From NCBI GenBank assembly GCA_002400495.2, contig NVQL02000076.1, positions 8,722 through 72,721 of the forward strand: a stretch of 64,000 nucleotides of DNA. Direction: 5' to 3'. The DNA is from Alphaproteobacteria bacterium. Its GTDB lineage: Bacteria; Pseudomonadota; Alphaproteobacteria; Rhizobiales; OSC116. The translations under genes and the position numbers were made by a program. The notes under the pieces are model-generated. The model worked only from the letters and a program-made list of their open reading frames with translations, did no database searches and was not told the DNA's origin. This document shows positions 48,920 through 58,945 of this stretch, piece by piece; position 1 is the stretch's first letter, and each line of letters opens with the position of its first letter.

Positions 48920-50485
48920 ATGGTTGAACAAGTTGCGCATAAGCGAGCCGATGATTCAGATTTGATTTTGCAGCTCGAAGGCATCAGTAAACGTTATGGC
49001 GGCGTGAAAGCGCTGAGCCAAGTTGATTTTAGCTGCAAAAAAGGCAGTATTCATGCCATTTTAGGCGAGAATGGTGCAGGCAAAAGCACGTTGATTAAAA
49101 TTATATCGGGCGTGGTACAGCCAACAGAAGGCACATTAAAAGTTGCTGGCCAAGTGCAGCAATTTGCTAGCCCCACCCAAGCAAGTGAATATGGGGTTGT
49201 GTGCATATTTCAAGAATTATCTTTAATACCAGACCTATCAGTTGCTGATAACATTTGCATCACCGATCCGCCGCGCAATCGCTTTGGCTTGATTGATAAA
49301 GCTGAGCAAATAAGAGTGGCGACAGACTTATTGGCGCGGGTCAATTGTGCTGATGTCAACCCGCGGGAATTGGTGAAAAATCTGCCGCTTTCGCGCCGCC
49401 AAATGGTGGAGATTGCCAAGGCATTGGGGCGCAAACCTAAATTATTGATATTAGACGAGGCGACATCAGCTCTATCGGCGGCGGATGTTGAAAAAGTATA
49501 TGAGATTTTGCGTGGTCTGCGTGAAGAAGGCCTGACCATGTTGTATATCTCGCATCGGATGCATGAGATTGAAGAGCTGGCCGATCGCTTGTCGGTGTTT
49601 CGTAACGGCGAGCATATTGAAACGTTTGATAAGGGCGCGCGCAGTAATGATGAAATCATTGAAATGATGATTGGCCGCGAATATTCGAGCGTGTTTCCGC
49701 CGAAACCAACTCATGATGATAAATTACTCACTGTGTTAGAAGTAGAGAATCTAAGCTGGGATGGCCGACTTAATAATGTGTCGTTAACGCTGGGTGAAGG
49801 CGAGATTATTGGGCTGGGCGGGTTAGACGGCCAAGGCCAACATGAAATATTGCTCGCGTTATTTGGTGTTTTGCGCGGTTATGAAGGCAAGATTAAATTG
49901 CATGGCAAAGAGGTTGCTATGGGCAGCCCAAAACAGGCAAAATCTGACGGCAGCATTGCTTTGATACCCGAAGATCGTAAAACCGAAGGCTTGATGTTGC
50001 CGATGAGCATTCAGGATAATATTTCAATTGCCACGCTTGATCAGTTAACCAAAGGCCTCATCATTGACAAATCGGCTGAGGCGGCCAAGATTGCCGAAAT
50101 GATCGAAAAAATGAGCATTAAAATTGGCAATGTTGATGATGCCGTGGCGACGCTTTCGGGCGGTAACCAGCAAAAAGTGGTGATTGCCAAATGGCTGATG
50201 ACAGGCGCAAAAATTGTGCTGTTGGACGACCCAACCCGCGGCATTGATGTTGGCACTAAGCAAGAGCTTTACCAATTGTTCCGCGATCTTGCCGATAGTG
50301 GGCATAGCATTATTTTATATTCAACTGATTATGATGAATTGATTGGTTGTTGTGATCGGGTGTCGATTTTCTATCAGGGCGAGATTATTCGCGAGTTAAC
50401 GGGTGATGAGATTAATGAGACTAATATTGTGGCGGCATCGCTGAATATGGAAATATCGGGGCAACAAGCAGGGACGATGCCATGA
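48920..50485 (+). CDS. Sugar ABC ATP-binding protein
   Basis: GENGAGKST, PEDRK, LSGGNQQK and DPTRGIDVG motifs. Confidence 0.93.
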   Translation: MVEQVAHKRADDSDLILQLEGISKRYGGVKALSQVDFSCKKGSIHAILGENGAGKSTLIKIISGVVQPTEGTLKVAGQVQQFASPTQASEYGVVCIFQELSLIPDLSVADNICITDPPRNRFGLIDKAEQIRVATDLLARVNCADVNPRELVKNLPLSRRQMVEIAKALGRKPKLLILDEATSALSAADVEKVYEILRGLREEGLTMLYISHRMHEIEELADRLSVFRNGEHIETFDKGARSNDEIIEMMIGREYSSVFPPKPTHDDKLLTVLEVENLSWDGRLNNVSLTLGEGEIIGLGGLDGQGQHEILLALFGVLRGYEGKIKLHGKEVAMGSPKQAKSDGSIALIPEDRKTEGLMLPMSIQDNISIATLDQLTKGLIIDKSAEAAKIAEMIEKMSIKIGNVDDAVATLSGGNQQKVVIAKWLMTGAKIVLLDDPTRGIDVGTKQELYQLFRDLADSGHSIILYSTDYDELIGCCDRVSIFYQGEIIRELTGDEINETNIVAASLNMEISGQQAGTMP

Positions 50486-51543
50486 GTAATTTTAAGATAT
50501 GGATGGCGAGCAATTGGCGGTTGTTTTTGGCCATTGGCATTTTTTGCCTGATTTATGGCACTTATAGTTTTTTGCATCCAGCAGGTGGCAGTAGCCGCTT
50601 ATTTGTACAAAATTCCAATGAGAGTTTTGTATTGATCAGCGTGGCGATGGCGCAGACTTTGCCCGTGCTCACTGGTGGGTTGGACTTGTCGGTTGGCTCG
50701 GTAATGACCATGATTAATGCGTTGGCCTCTAATGTGGTGAATGGTAGCCCAACCGAAGTGTTTTTGGGCATAATATTATGCTTGTGTTCAGCTGCCTTAG
50801 CGGGTTTTATCAACGGCTGTATCATTGTTTATGGCCGTTTGCAGCCAATCATTGTGACTTTGGCAACGGGTGCGGTGTTTATGGGCATTGCGTTATTTTT
50901 GCGCCCCACACCAGGTGGTGAGGTGGATGGAGATTTATCATTTGCTGCGACGTTTGATTTGAATGAGATTTTCTTCACCTATGGATGGCCTTTGCCAGAA
51001 TGGTTCGAAAATAGTTTAGGGCTTATACCCACGCCTGTTGTGTTGATTGTGATTGTGGTTTTGGTGATCTGGGTGCCGTTTAAAAATAGTGTGACGGGGC
51101 GTGGTTGTTATGCCGTTGGTTCGGCCGAAGGCGCGGCTTATATGTCGGGCTTGAATGTGGATCGCTCGCGTTTGGCAGCCTATACCTTGGCTGGCCTGTT
51201 TGCTGGTATTGGCGGTTTATATCTAGCCTTGCAAACTGGCAGTGGCAATGCTGATATTCCGCAAGCTGGGGCTTATACGCTTAACAGCATTGCGGCTGTG
51301 GTGATTGGCGGTACGTCGCTTTATGGCGGCATCGGCGGGGTGGTTGGCTCTATATTTGGTGCCATGTCATTGCGTGCAATCTCGTTTAATTTCAGGGTGT
51401 TTGATGCTGATGGGCCGTTGGGCTTTATTTCTGACCCGTTATTGCAACCGTTATTTGAAGGCAGTATTTTGTTGATTGCTGTCAGCGCTGGTGCTGCGCG
51501 GGTGTTCAGCATTAAAAACCGCCTCAATCTGTTTGGGAGCTAG
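50482..51543 (+). CDS. Sugar ABC permease
   Basis: GGLDLSVGS and IAAVVIGGTSL motifs. Confidence 0.92.
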   Translation: MSNFKIWMASNWRLFLAIGIFCLIYGTYSFLHPAGGSSRLFVQNSNESFVLISVAMAQTLPVLTGGLDLSVGSVMTMINALASNVVNGSPTEVFLGIILCLCSAALAGFINGCIIVYGRLQPIIVTLATGAVFMGIALFLRPTPGGEVDGDLSFAATFDLNEIFFTYGWPLPEWFENSLGLIPTPVVLIVIVVLVIWVPFKNSVTGRGCYAVGSAEGAAYMSGLNVDRSRLAAYTLAGLFAGIGGLYLALQTGSGNADIPQAGAYTLNSIAAVVIGGTSLYGGIGGVVGSIFGAMSLRAISFNFRVFDADGPLGFISDPLLQPLFEGSILLIAVSAGAARVFSIKNRLNLFGS

Positions 51544-51545
51544 CT

Positions 51546-52496
51546 ATGAAATCATGGATAGAAAATATTGACAAGCCGATAAAATATGCGCTTGGTTTCA
51601 TTGTCTTGGTGCTGATTGTCGGCAATATTTATACGCTGATTAATTTGGGCACAATGCCGTTCTTTTCGCCTAATTATTTGTTGCAACAGCTGCAAGTGGC
51701 TTCATTTTTGGGATTAATTGCCACGGGCATGATGGTGGTGATTTTGCTTGGGCATATCGATTTATCCGTGCCGTGGACATTAACTTGTGCGGCGATGACC
51801 GCCACAGCAGTTGGTGGTGATGGTGCGATGTTGGCAGGTTTAACTGCGGGCTTGATTATCGGCCTGATTAACGGCATCGGCGTGGCGTTTTTGCGGGTGC
51901 CTTCGATGATTTTTACACTGGGTGTTAACACCGTGGTGCAAGGTTTGATGATTGTGCATACGGGTGGCTACGCGCCGCAAACTGCATCAACACCGATTAT
52001 GAATTTTCTAGCCACAGGCTATATTGCGGGCATTCCAACCGCGTTATTTGTATGGGCGGCAATTGGCGGGCTGATTATATTCATGCTTAACCGCACACCG
52101 ATGGGGCGTTATTTATATGCGATGGGCAATCGTGAGGTTGCGGCCTATCTTTCTGGCGTCAATACGCGGCTTATACTGATTGCGGCCTTTGTGATTTGTT
52201 CGTTATGCGCGGCGATGGCGGGTATATTATTGGCGGGCTATTCGGCCAAGGCTTACCAAGGTATGGGTGATTTATATTTATTGCCTGCCATTGCGGCGGT
52301 GGTGATTGGCGGCACTAATATATTGGGTGGCAAAGGCACACTCGCTGGCACTGTTGTTGGGGCGATATTGATTGTTTTGTTGCAATCGGTGTTATCAGTG
52401 ATGCAAATGCCCGAAGCGGGTCGGCAAATTATTTATGGTTCGGTGATTATTGGCATGTTGCTGGTTTATGGCCGCGCAGAGAAAAAAGAAAGCTAG
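51546..52496 (+). CDS. Sugar ABC permease
   Basis: GHIDLSV and IAAVVIGGT motifs. Confidence 0.92.
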   Translation: MKSWIENIDKPIKYALGFIVLVLIVGNIYTLINLGTMPFFSPNYLLQQLQVASFLGLIATGMMVVILLGHIDLSVPWTLTCAAMTATAVGGDGAMLAGLTAGLIIGLINGIGVAFLRVPSMIFTLGVNTVVQGLMIVHTGGYAPQTASTPIMNFLATGYIAGIPTALFVWAAIGGLIIFMLNRTPMGRYLYAMGNREVAAYLSGVNTRLILIAAFVICSLCAAMAGILLAGYSAKAYQGMGDLYLLPAIAAVVIGGTNILGGKGTLAGTVVGAILIVLLQSVLSVMQMPEAGRQIIYGSVIIGMLLVYGRAEKKES

Positions 52497-52511
52497 GGGT
52501 TAGCCTAGCTT
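52490..52511. terminator. Small hairpin between convergent genes
   Basis: AAGCTAGG-GGTTAG-CCTAGCTT. Confidence 0.5.
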
Positions 52512-52521
52512 TCATATTTAT

Positions 52522-53436
52522 TTACATTAAATGTTTTTTGAAATGGTCAATGGTGCGTGTCCATGCCAACTCGGCCATTTTTTCATCATATCTTGGGGTT
52601 GAATCATTATGAAAACCATGATTCACGCCTTCATAAATATAGGCTTCATAATTTGTGCCACTGGCTTTAAGTGCTGCTTCATAGTCAGGCCAGCCTGCAT
52701 TCACGCGGCTGTCTAATTCACCATATTGCATCATCATTGCGGCTTTGATTTTGGGCACATCTTCGGCGCTAGGCTGGCGACCATAAAATGGCACTGAGGC
52801 TTTTAGCTCTGGATAGGCCACAGCTAATGCATTGCACACACCGCCGCCATAACAAAAACCAACACAGCCTACATTGCCCGTGCTGTCGGCGCTTTTGAGT
52901 AGATATTCAGTGCCTGCAAAAAAGTCATTCATTAGCTTTTCGCGGTCAACTGTGCGTTGTAAATCGCGGCCATCGGAGTCATTGCCGGGGTAACCGCCAA
53001 CACTTGTAAGGCCATCGGGTGCTAGTGCCATAAAGCCAGCTTTGGCGGCGCGGCGGGCCACGTCTTTAATATACGGGTTGAGGCCGCGGTTTTCGTGGAT
53101 GACTAAAACAGAAGGTAGTGGCCCTGTGGCATTTGCGGGGCGCACCAAATAGCCTGTCACTTCGCCATGGCCGTTGGGTGAGGGGTAAGTGATGTAAGTG
53201 GCTTTAATATCGGGGTCGTTAAATGAGACTTGCTCAGCAAGTGCATAATCGGGGCTGAGCATATTGAGCAAAGCCAGAGCGGTTACACCGCCTACGGCGA
53301 ATTTGCCCGCGCTATGTAAAAACTCACGCTTGGTGATTTTGCCATGGGCATAAAAATCGTAAAGGTCTAATAATTCTTGATCAAAATCGGCAGCAGTAAG
53401 ACGCTCGGTGCTTTGGCTAATGGCTACGGTATCCAT
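52522..53436 (-). CDS. Dienelactone hydrolase family protein (YghX-like)
   Basis: [22 protein letters not shown] and [11 protein letters not shown] motifs; start ATG 53436 behind GGGAG. Confidence 0.9.
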   Translation of the reverse strand: MDTVAISQSTERLTAADFDQELLDLYDFYAHGKITKREFLHSAGKFAVGGVTALALLNMLSPDYALAEQVSFNDPDIKATYITYPSPNGHGEVTGYLVRPANATGPLPSVLVIHENRGLNPYIKDVARRAAKAGFMALAPDGLTSVGGYPGNDSDGRDLQRTVDREKLMNDFFAGTEYLLKSADSTGNVGCVGFCYGGGVCNALAVAYPELKASVPFYGRQPSAEDVPKIKAAMMMQYGELDSRVNAGWPDYEAALKASGTNYEAYIYEGVNHGFHNDSTPRYDEKMAELAWTRTIDHFKKHLM

Positions 53437-53548
53437 AATATTCTCCCTAAATATTTGTTGGTTTAAGTATATTCGCATTTATACTTAAGCCTAGCATTGT
53501 GACAAAAGTTTGTCGCAACACAATATTGTGAATAGAGAGTATTTGTTT

Positions 53549-54775
53549 TTAAATTACGCCATGTTGCTTGTGTGAAAGGGTGGTGATTATGCCGCGTAAC
53601 TCGGCAAGGCCACGCAAGCGGCCAATGGTTGGATAACCTGGTTGGCCTCTTCTGCCTAAATCTTCCATCAGGTCTTGGCCGTGATCTGGTCTGAACGGTA
53701 TGTTCCAATCGGCGCGGCCTTGGGCTTTGCGCTTTTCTTCTTGTTGCAAAACGGCTGCAATTAGGGTGACCATATCGATATCGCCGCCTAAATGTTCGGA
53801 CTCATAAAATGAGCCTCTGATGCCATCGGGGTCTCTTGGCTCGATGCGTTTTACATTGCGCAAATGTAGGAAATGTACATGCTCGCCTAAGCGTTGCATC
53901 ATGCCAGTTAAGTCGTTATCTGATCTTGCCCCGAGGGAGCCAGAGCATAATGTAATGCCGTTGGCAGGGCTAGATACGGTTTCGACTATATATTTATAGT
54001 CAGACTCAACCGACATGATTCTGGGTAAGCCGAGCAATGAAAATGGTGGATCATCGGGGTGGCAACACATGCGGATGCCCACTTTTTCGGCTGTGGGGAT
54101 GACTTGTTCGAGAAAATCGACAAAATTTGCGCGTAATTTATCTTTATTAATGTCATCATATTCGGCCAAATGGCTGCGGACATCATCTAAGCTTAATGTG
54201 TCGTTAGCGCCAGGTAAGCCGAAGGTGATGTTTTTAGTGAGCAGCGCAATCGTGTCATCATTCATGCTGGCAAAACGTGCATTGGCTTGCTCGATAATCT
54301 CATCAGGAAAATCGGCCTTGGCATTGGGGCGGGCTAGGATGTGAATGTCATAAGCCACAAAGTCGATATAATCATAATGCATGCAAGAGCCGCCATTTTG
54401 AAGCGGCATAACTAAATCTGTGCGTGTCCAATCTAAGATTGGCATGAAATTATAACATACGATTTCGATGCCAGAGGCGGCGATGTTCTCGAGGCTGGTT
54501 TTATAAGCTTCGATGTGAGCGCGCCAATCGCCTTTTTGTTTTTTAATGTCTTCGGATACAGGCACGCTTTCGACCACATCCCATGTCAGGCCAGTTGCTT
54601 TGCCATGTTGGTTGGTGGTGATTTGCTGATGGCGTTTGTCTAGCTCATCTTTGGTCCAAACCTCGCCATTGGGAATGTGGTGTAAAGCCGATACCACAGC
54701 TTCGACGCCGGCTTGTTGCATGTCGCTTGTGCTGGTTAAATCATTAGGGCCGAACCATCGCCATGTTTGTTTCAT
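53549..54775 (-). CDS. uxuA: Mannonate dehydratase
   Basis: TWRWFG, CYNFMP, HPDDPP, RPDHG and GYPTIGRLRGLAE motifs. Confidence 0.95.
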   Translation of the reverse strand: MKQTWRWFGPNDLTSTSDMQQAGVEAVVSALHHIPNGEVWTKDELDKRHQQITTNQHGKATGLTWDVVESVPVSEDIKKQKGDWRAHIEAYKTSLENIAASGIEIVCYNFMPILDWTRTDLVMPLQNGGSCMHYDYIDFVAYDIHILARPNAKADFPDEIIEQANARFASMNDDTIALLTKNITFGLPGANDTLSLDDVRSHLAEYDDINKDKLRANFVDFLEQVIPTAEKVGIRMCCHPDDPPFSLLGLPRIMSVESDYKYIVETVSSPANGITLCSGSLGARSDNDLTGMMQRLGEHVHFLHLRNVKRIEPRDPDGIRGSFYESEHLGGDIDMVTLIAAVLQQEEKRKAQGRADWNIPFRPDHGQDLMEDLGRRGQPGYPTIGRLRGLAELRGIITTLSHKQHGVI

Positions 54776-54786
54776 AGGGTATCTTT

Positions 54787-56070
54787 CTATCGGTTGAACA
54801 CTAAATTAGGCAGGAAGAGGACAACTTCTGGCAAGAAAAGCAGCACTGCCACTAAGCCTAAAATGGCCAACATAAAGGGTAGGGCTTCTTTGACATATTC
54901 TTCAATTTTTACATTGAGCAGGGAGCAAACCGTATACATGGCGACGCCGACGGGTGGGGTCATCGAACCAAAGGTGACGATGGTCATCATTAAAATGCCG
55001 AAATGCACGGGGTCAAAACCAAGTTGTTTGATGATGGGCACAAAGATAGGGGTTAGGAGTAATACCAAAATTGTGCTTTCGAAAAACAAGCCTGCGACAA
55101 ACAGGATGGCTAAAATAACCGCCACAATGGCATAGGGGTTGGTAAGGCCTTCGAGCAAGAATTTAGATAGGTCTTGCGGCATTTGTAAAAAGATGATGGC
55201 AAAACCAATCATGCCTGACATTAAGATGATCAGCATGATGAGGCCAATATCTGCAACGGCGTGAGAAAATGCGGTTTTGATTTTTTCGAAAGTTAAAACT
55301 TTATGGCCAAAAATACCGACAATGAGTGAATAAACCACGGCAAACGCGCCCACTTCGGACGGGGTGAAGAGGCCGCCACGAATAGAGGCGATGAGCAAAA
55401 CAGGGAATAATAATGCCCATTTTGCGTCCCATGCGGCTTGGCCTAAGGCTTTGGCGGTGGGTTTTTCTGCGCCTTCGGATATATAATTGCGTTTTTTAGC
55501 GATGATGTAAGTGGTGACCATGAGTACCAACATCATCAAAATACCTGGCACAATGCCTGCCATGAATAGGCGGCCGATGGACACTTGGCCGACATAGCCA
55601 TAAAGAATGAGGCCAATGCTGGGCGGGATGGTGGCAGTGATAAGTGAGCTTAGGGCAATGACCGCAGCGGTGAAACCTTTGCTATAGCCTTGGGATAGCA
55701 TTTGCGGGCCTAAAATGCGGGCTTCCATCGCGGCATCTGCCACGGCTGAGCCTGATACGCCGCCCATAAGGGTGGAAAGGATGATTGAAACTTGCGCCAA
55801 ACCGCCTGCCATCCACGCCACGGCAACGCGGGAGAATTTGAACAATCTATCGGTGATGTCGCTTTCATTCATTAAGTGGCCTGCTAACACAAAGAAAGGC
55901 ACAGCCAGTAGAGGAAAGCTTTGTGATACGGCGGCAATTTTTTGCACGCCAATGGAGAGCGGCATGATGTCTGAGGTGAGAAAAAACATGAAGCCAGACA
56001 CGCCAATGGCAAAGGCCACAGGTGCGCCAACCAGCAGAAGAACGAAAAATACGATGATTATGAGTAACAT
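54787..56070 (-). CDS. TRAP transporter large permease (DctM)
   Basis: LLAVPFF, GVSGSAVADA, IPPSI and TPPVG motifs. Confidence 0.95.
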   Translation of the reverse strand: MLLIIIVFFVLLLVGAPVAFAIGVSGFMFFLTSDIMPLSIGVQKIAAVSQSFPLLAVPFFVLAGHLMNESDITDRLFKFSRVAVAWMAGGLAQVSIILSTLMGGVSGSAVADAAMEARILGPQMLSQGYSKGFTAAVIALSSLITATIPPSIGLILYGYVGQVSIGRLFMAGIVPGILMMLVLMVTTYIIAKKRNYISEGAEKPTAKALGQAAWDAKWALLFPVLLIASIRGGLFTPSEVGAFAVVYSLIVGIFGHKVLTFEKIKTAFSHAVADIGLIMLIILMSGMIGFAIIFLQMPQDLSKFLLEGLTNPYAIVAVILAILFVAGLFFESTILVLLLTPIFVPIIKQLGFDPVHFGILMMTIVTFGSMTPPVGVAMYTVCSLLNVKIEEYVKEALPFMLAILGLVAVLLFLPEVVLFLPNLVFNR

Positions 56071-56081
56071 ATATGCCGCTC

Positions 56082-56597
56082 CTATAATTGTGTAGTGCCA
56101 TCATCAGATGGCTTAGGGGCGAAAATAAAAACTGGGTCATCAGTGTTGCGACTGCGCCACGCCTCGACCGCATTGGCGATGATGGCTAGTGACAAAAAGA
56201 AGCAACCGACAGACACTGCAATGGTGACATAATAATAAGATATACCGCTATCGCCAAACACCCGCTCTTTATTAAGTACAGCCAATTTATAGCCCTGAAC
56301 GGCGATGACGCTCATGAATGCGAGAAAGATGATGGCTAAAATGGATTCGATGATCAGGCGGTTTTTATGGCCAAGCCGTGCGACTAAATAATCGACACCT
56401 AAATGCGCCCGCAGGCGCATGGCACGTACGGCGCCAGTAAAGCATAACCAGATGAATAATAACTCGGCCAAATCTATCGACCAGATAATGGGGTAGCCAG
56501 CAAAGCGCATAACTGCGGCAATGAAAACTAAGAAGGTAATGATGGCAAGCAGAGTTGCGCCAATGAAAAATTCGATTTTAACCACGAGGGATGACAT
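56082..56597 (-). CDS. TRAP transporter small permease (DctQ)
   Basis: Four TM segments; WSIDLA...FIW and HLGVD motifs. Confidence 0.9.
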   Translation of the reverse strand: MSSLVVKIEFFIGATLLAIITFLVFIAAVMRFAGYPIIWSIDLAELLFIWLCFTGAVRAMRLRAHLGVDYLVARLGHKNRLIIESILAIIFLAFMSVIAVQGYKLAVLNKERVFGDSGISYYYVTIAVSVGCFFLSLAIIANAVEAWRSRNTDDPVFIFAPKPSDDGTTQL

Positions 56598-56622
56598 AGA
56601 ATAACCTAAGATTTTATAAGTT

Positions 56623-56653
56623 AATGGGCGACTTATTCAATAAGCCGCCCATT
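56623..56653 (-). other. Hairpin downstream of dctP
   Basis: AATGGGCGACTTATT...AATAAGCCGCCCATT inverted repeat. Confidence 0.6.
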
Positions 56654-56674
56654 GTTTGTTGTCAATTATATGAT

Positions 56675-57655
56675 TTATTCTGCAGCAATTTTGCGCAATA
56701 CATCACGTAATTCGCCATAACCAAGTAGGTCATATACAGGCGCTGTGGCTTCTTTAAATGGTGTGACATCAACTTCGTTAATGATCACGCCAGAGGCAAT
56801 CAGCTCAGCTTCGATGGTTTCGAATGAATCTCTTGTGCCATATGATGCAATGTCGCCCGCGATGAAACTTTCTTCACGTAGGATTTTTTGCAAATCTTCG
56901 GGTAGAGTGTTAAACCAAGCACCAGATGTAACCAAGCCTGTGATCAGGTTGATATGGCCAGTTTTGGTGATGTATTTAATCACTTCATTCAATTTCGCAC
57001 CACGGATGGCAGGAATTTGAGCTTCAGCACCATCAATTGCATTGGCACTTAGAGCTGAATATACTTCGCCCCAAGGGTATGGTGTTGGTGTGGCGCCCAT
57101 GGCTTTGATGGTTTCGATCCATACAGGTGCGCCAGGTGTCCGCATGCGGATGCCAGCTAGGTCAGCAGGTACTTTTACAGGGGTTTGAGTGAGCAGATGA
57201 CGCTCGCCTTGCCACCAGTTAAAGCTTAGCACTTGTAGGTTTGAACCAGAGTTAAGGTCTTCGACCCAACCTTCAAACATATCAGACATAACCACTTTAC
57301 GAATGCCATCATAGCCGCTAGCTAGGAATGGAGCGCCAAGTACGCCAAATTCGTTTTGGAAAACTGCCAAACGGCCGCCATCAACAACCACAGCTACTGG
57401 CACGCCAGCGCGAGCTTGTTCAAGCACGTCTTCATCAGAACCTAGTTGTGAATTTGGAAATAATTTAATTTCCAAACGGCCACCAGAGGCTTTATCAACA
57501 TTTTCTACCAAGGCTTCTAAACCTGCATATAGCGGGTCATTTGTTGCCAAAGCGGTGTTGACGCTCAGTGTAAAGTCGGCAGCAAGGGCACTGCCAGTTA
57601 CCATAACGGCACCAATTGCGGTGGCCATTAATAATTTTAGTGATTTTAACTTCAT
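56675..57655 (-). CDS. TRAP substrate-binding protein (DctP)
   Basis: FPNSQLG, DLAGIRMRTP (carboxylate-binding Arg), EVYSAL...IDGAE; GGGAGG RBS. Confidence 0.93.
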   Translation of the reverse strand: MKLKSLKLLMATAIGAVMVTGSALAADFTLSVNTALATNDPLYAGLEALVENVDKASGGRLEIKLFPNSQLGSDEDVLEQARAGVPVAVVVDGGRLAVFQNEFGVLGAPFLASGYDGIRKVVMSDMFEGWVEDLNSGSNLQVLSFNWWQGERHLLTQTPVKVPADLAGIRMRTPGAPVWIETIKAMGATPTPYPWGEVYSALSANAIDGAEAQIPAIRGAKLNEVIKYITKTGHINLITGLVTSGAWFNTLPEDLQKILREESFIAGDIASYGTRDSFETIEAELIASGVIINEVDVTPFKEATAPVYDLLGYGELRDVLRKIAAE

Positions 57656-57713
57656 TTTTGTATCCTCCCAGATTATATTCAAATTAAGCCATGAAATTTA
57701 TATCATTTCGTTA

Positions 57714-57727
57714 ACTTGTATGGTAGT
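57714..57727. promoter_or_regulatory. Candidate GntR (UxuR-like) operator, copy 1
   Basis: ACTTGTATGGTAGT; 13/14 identical to 63462-63475. Confidence 0.6.
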
Positions 57728-57753
57728 ATATTTGATAAATTAGGGATGTCAAG

Positions 57754-58464
57754 ATGAAAGTAAAGTTTGAACTGAGTGCTATACAAGATGATCATGGCAA
57801 TAGCCGTCGATCGACTATGGGGTTTCGGGTTTTTGAAATTTTAAAGCAAGCGATTGTGCAAGTGCAATTGCGGCCTGGAAACCTGCTTAGCGAGGCAGAG
57901 GTTGCCAAACAGCTTGGTCTGTCACGCCAACCCGTGCGTGAAGCGTTTATAAAATTAGCCGATGTCGGGCTGGTGGAAATTCGCCCGCAACGCGGCACAT
58001 TTGTGGTGTTTATTTCGGAAGAAGAAGTGAGAAATGCGCGGTTTATTCGTGAGGCGATTGAAGTGGCAATTGTTAAGAAAGCCGCGATGGAGGCGACGGA
58101 TGAAGACATTGCTAATTTGAATGATTTGCTGTTAAAACAGCTTGAAGACGAAAAAACTGGCGATATGTCCGCCTTTTTAGCCCATGACGAAGAGTTTCAT
58201 TTGGCGATTGCTTCAACGGGTGGCTGCCAAAAGGCATGGAGTATTATTGAGAATTTGAAAGCGCAAATGGATAGAGTGCGTTATCTTTCGATGGGCAACC
58301 AAACGCCGATAAAAACGTTGATTGCGCAGCATGAGCTGATTGTGAAAGCCATTGCGGAGCGAGCGCCTGAGCGGGCTGAGGCGGCGATGCGGTTGCATTT
58401 GAGTGAGATTTTGAATTCATTGCCAGGAATTCGCGAAGCCAATGCTGAGCTTTTTGTTGACTAG
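57754..58464 (+). CDS. GntR/FCD-family regulator (hexuronate regulon)
   Basis: LSEAEVA...SRQPVREA...PQRGTFV HTH; DEEFH and QH FCD motifs. Confidence 0.92.
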   Translation: MKVKFELSAIQDDHGNSRRSTMGFRVFEILKQAIVQVQLRPGNLLSEAEVAKQLGLSRQPVREAFIKLADVGLVEIRPQRGTFVVFISEEEVRNARFIREAIEVAIVKKAAMEATDEDIANLNDLLLKQLEDEKTGDMSAFLAHDEEFHLAIASTGGCQKAWSIIENLKAQMDRVRYLSMGNQTPIKTLIAQHELIVKAIAERAPERAEAAMRLHLSEILNSLPGIREANAELFVD

Positions 58465-58470
58465 CAGCAA

Positions 58471-58945
58471 GCTCTGAGTTTCTATCTGCCCGTCCTATCC
58501 ACAACTCCCATTCATTTCCGTGAGTGCGTGTTCGGCCGTTCGCAGCCGCTGAAGACGAACGCGCGGCCAGCTAGTAAGCCCAACTTGTTTGGGATTACGC
58601 ACGCAAGTGCTAACAGAGAGCCTTAAGGCGAACGTGAAAATGCAAACTTCCAGAGCTTAGGCAGGAGATTGCCCAGTGATGGCTGAAAAGTTGTGATGTG
58701 GATGGTTTGTGCAGGAGTTTCGGCGACTGAACCTGCGTTTGCCACTGCAAAGACATAAGAAAGTTAGCAGTCCTGCCTGTACTCAGGTACTTCATTTATA
58801 CGTTCGCTTAAGCTCACTGTTGACACTTGCGTGCGTTCGCTGCGCTCTCTAGCCTGCCGCGCGTAGGCTGACTGGGGCTGCGAATGGCTACTGGACGCGC
58901 TCACCGAAATGCAGGGGTGATTGGGGATAGATAGTGACTCAGAGT
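58471..58945 (+). repeat. ~475-bp imperfect long inverted-repeat element (candidate structured RNA or non-autonomous mobile element)
   Basis: Arms 58471-58672 and 58767-58945 pair colinearly, e.g. CTCTGAGT/ACTCAGAG, GGCCGTTCGCAGCC/GGCTGCGAATGGCT, ACGCACGCAAGTG/CACTTGCGTGCGT, AGGCAGGA/TCCTGCCT. Confidence 0.85.

Noticed and set aside
58549-58640. Hammerhead ribozyme core (CTGAAGA ... GAAA) within the rod element
   Set aside because: I could not build stem II closing onto GAAA or stems I/III with a cleavage triplet; probably chance.
58606-58770. Integron attC site (GCTAAC ... GTTAGC)
   Set aside because: These boxes do not pair in the dominant fold, and there is no cassette array or integron integrase.
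58610-58795. 61-aa minus-strand ORF inside the inverted-repeat element
   Set aside because: No recognisable motif or RBS; the sequence is better explained by base pairing.
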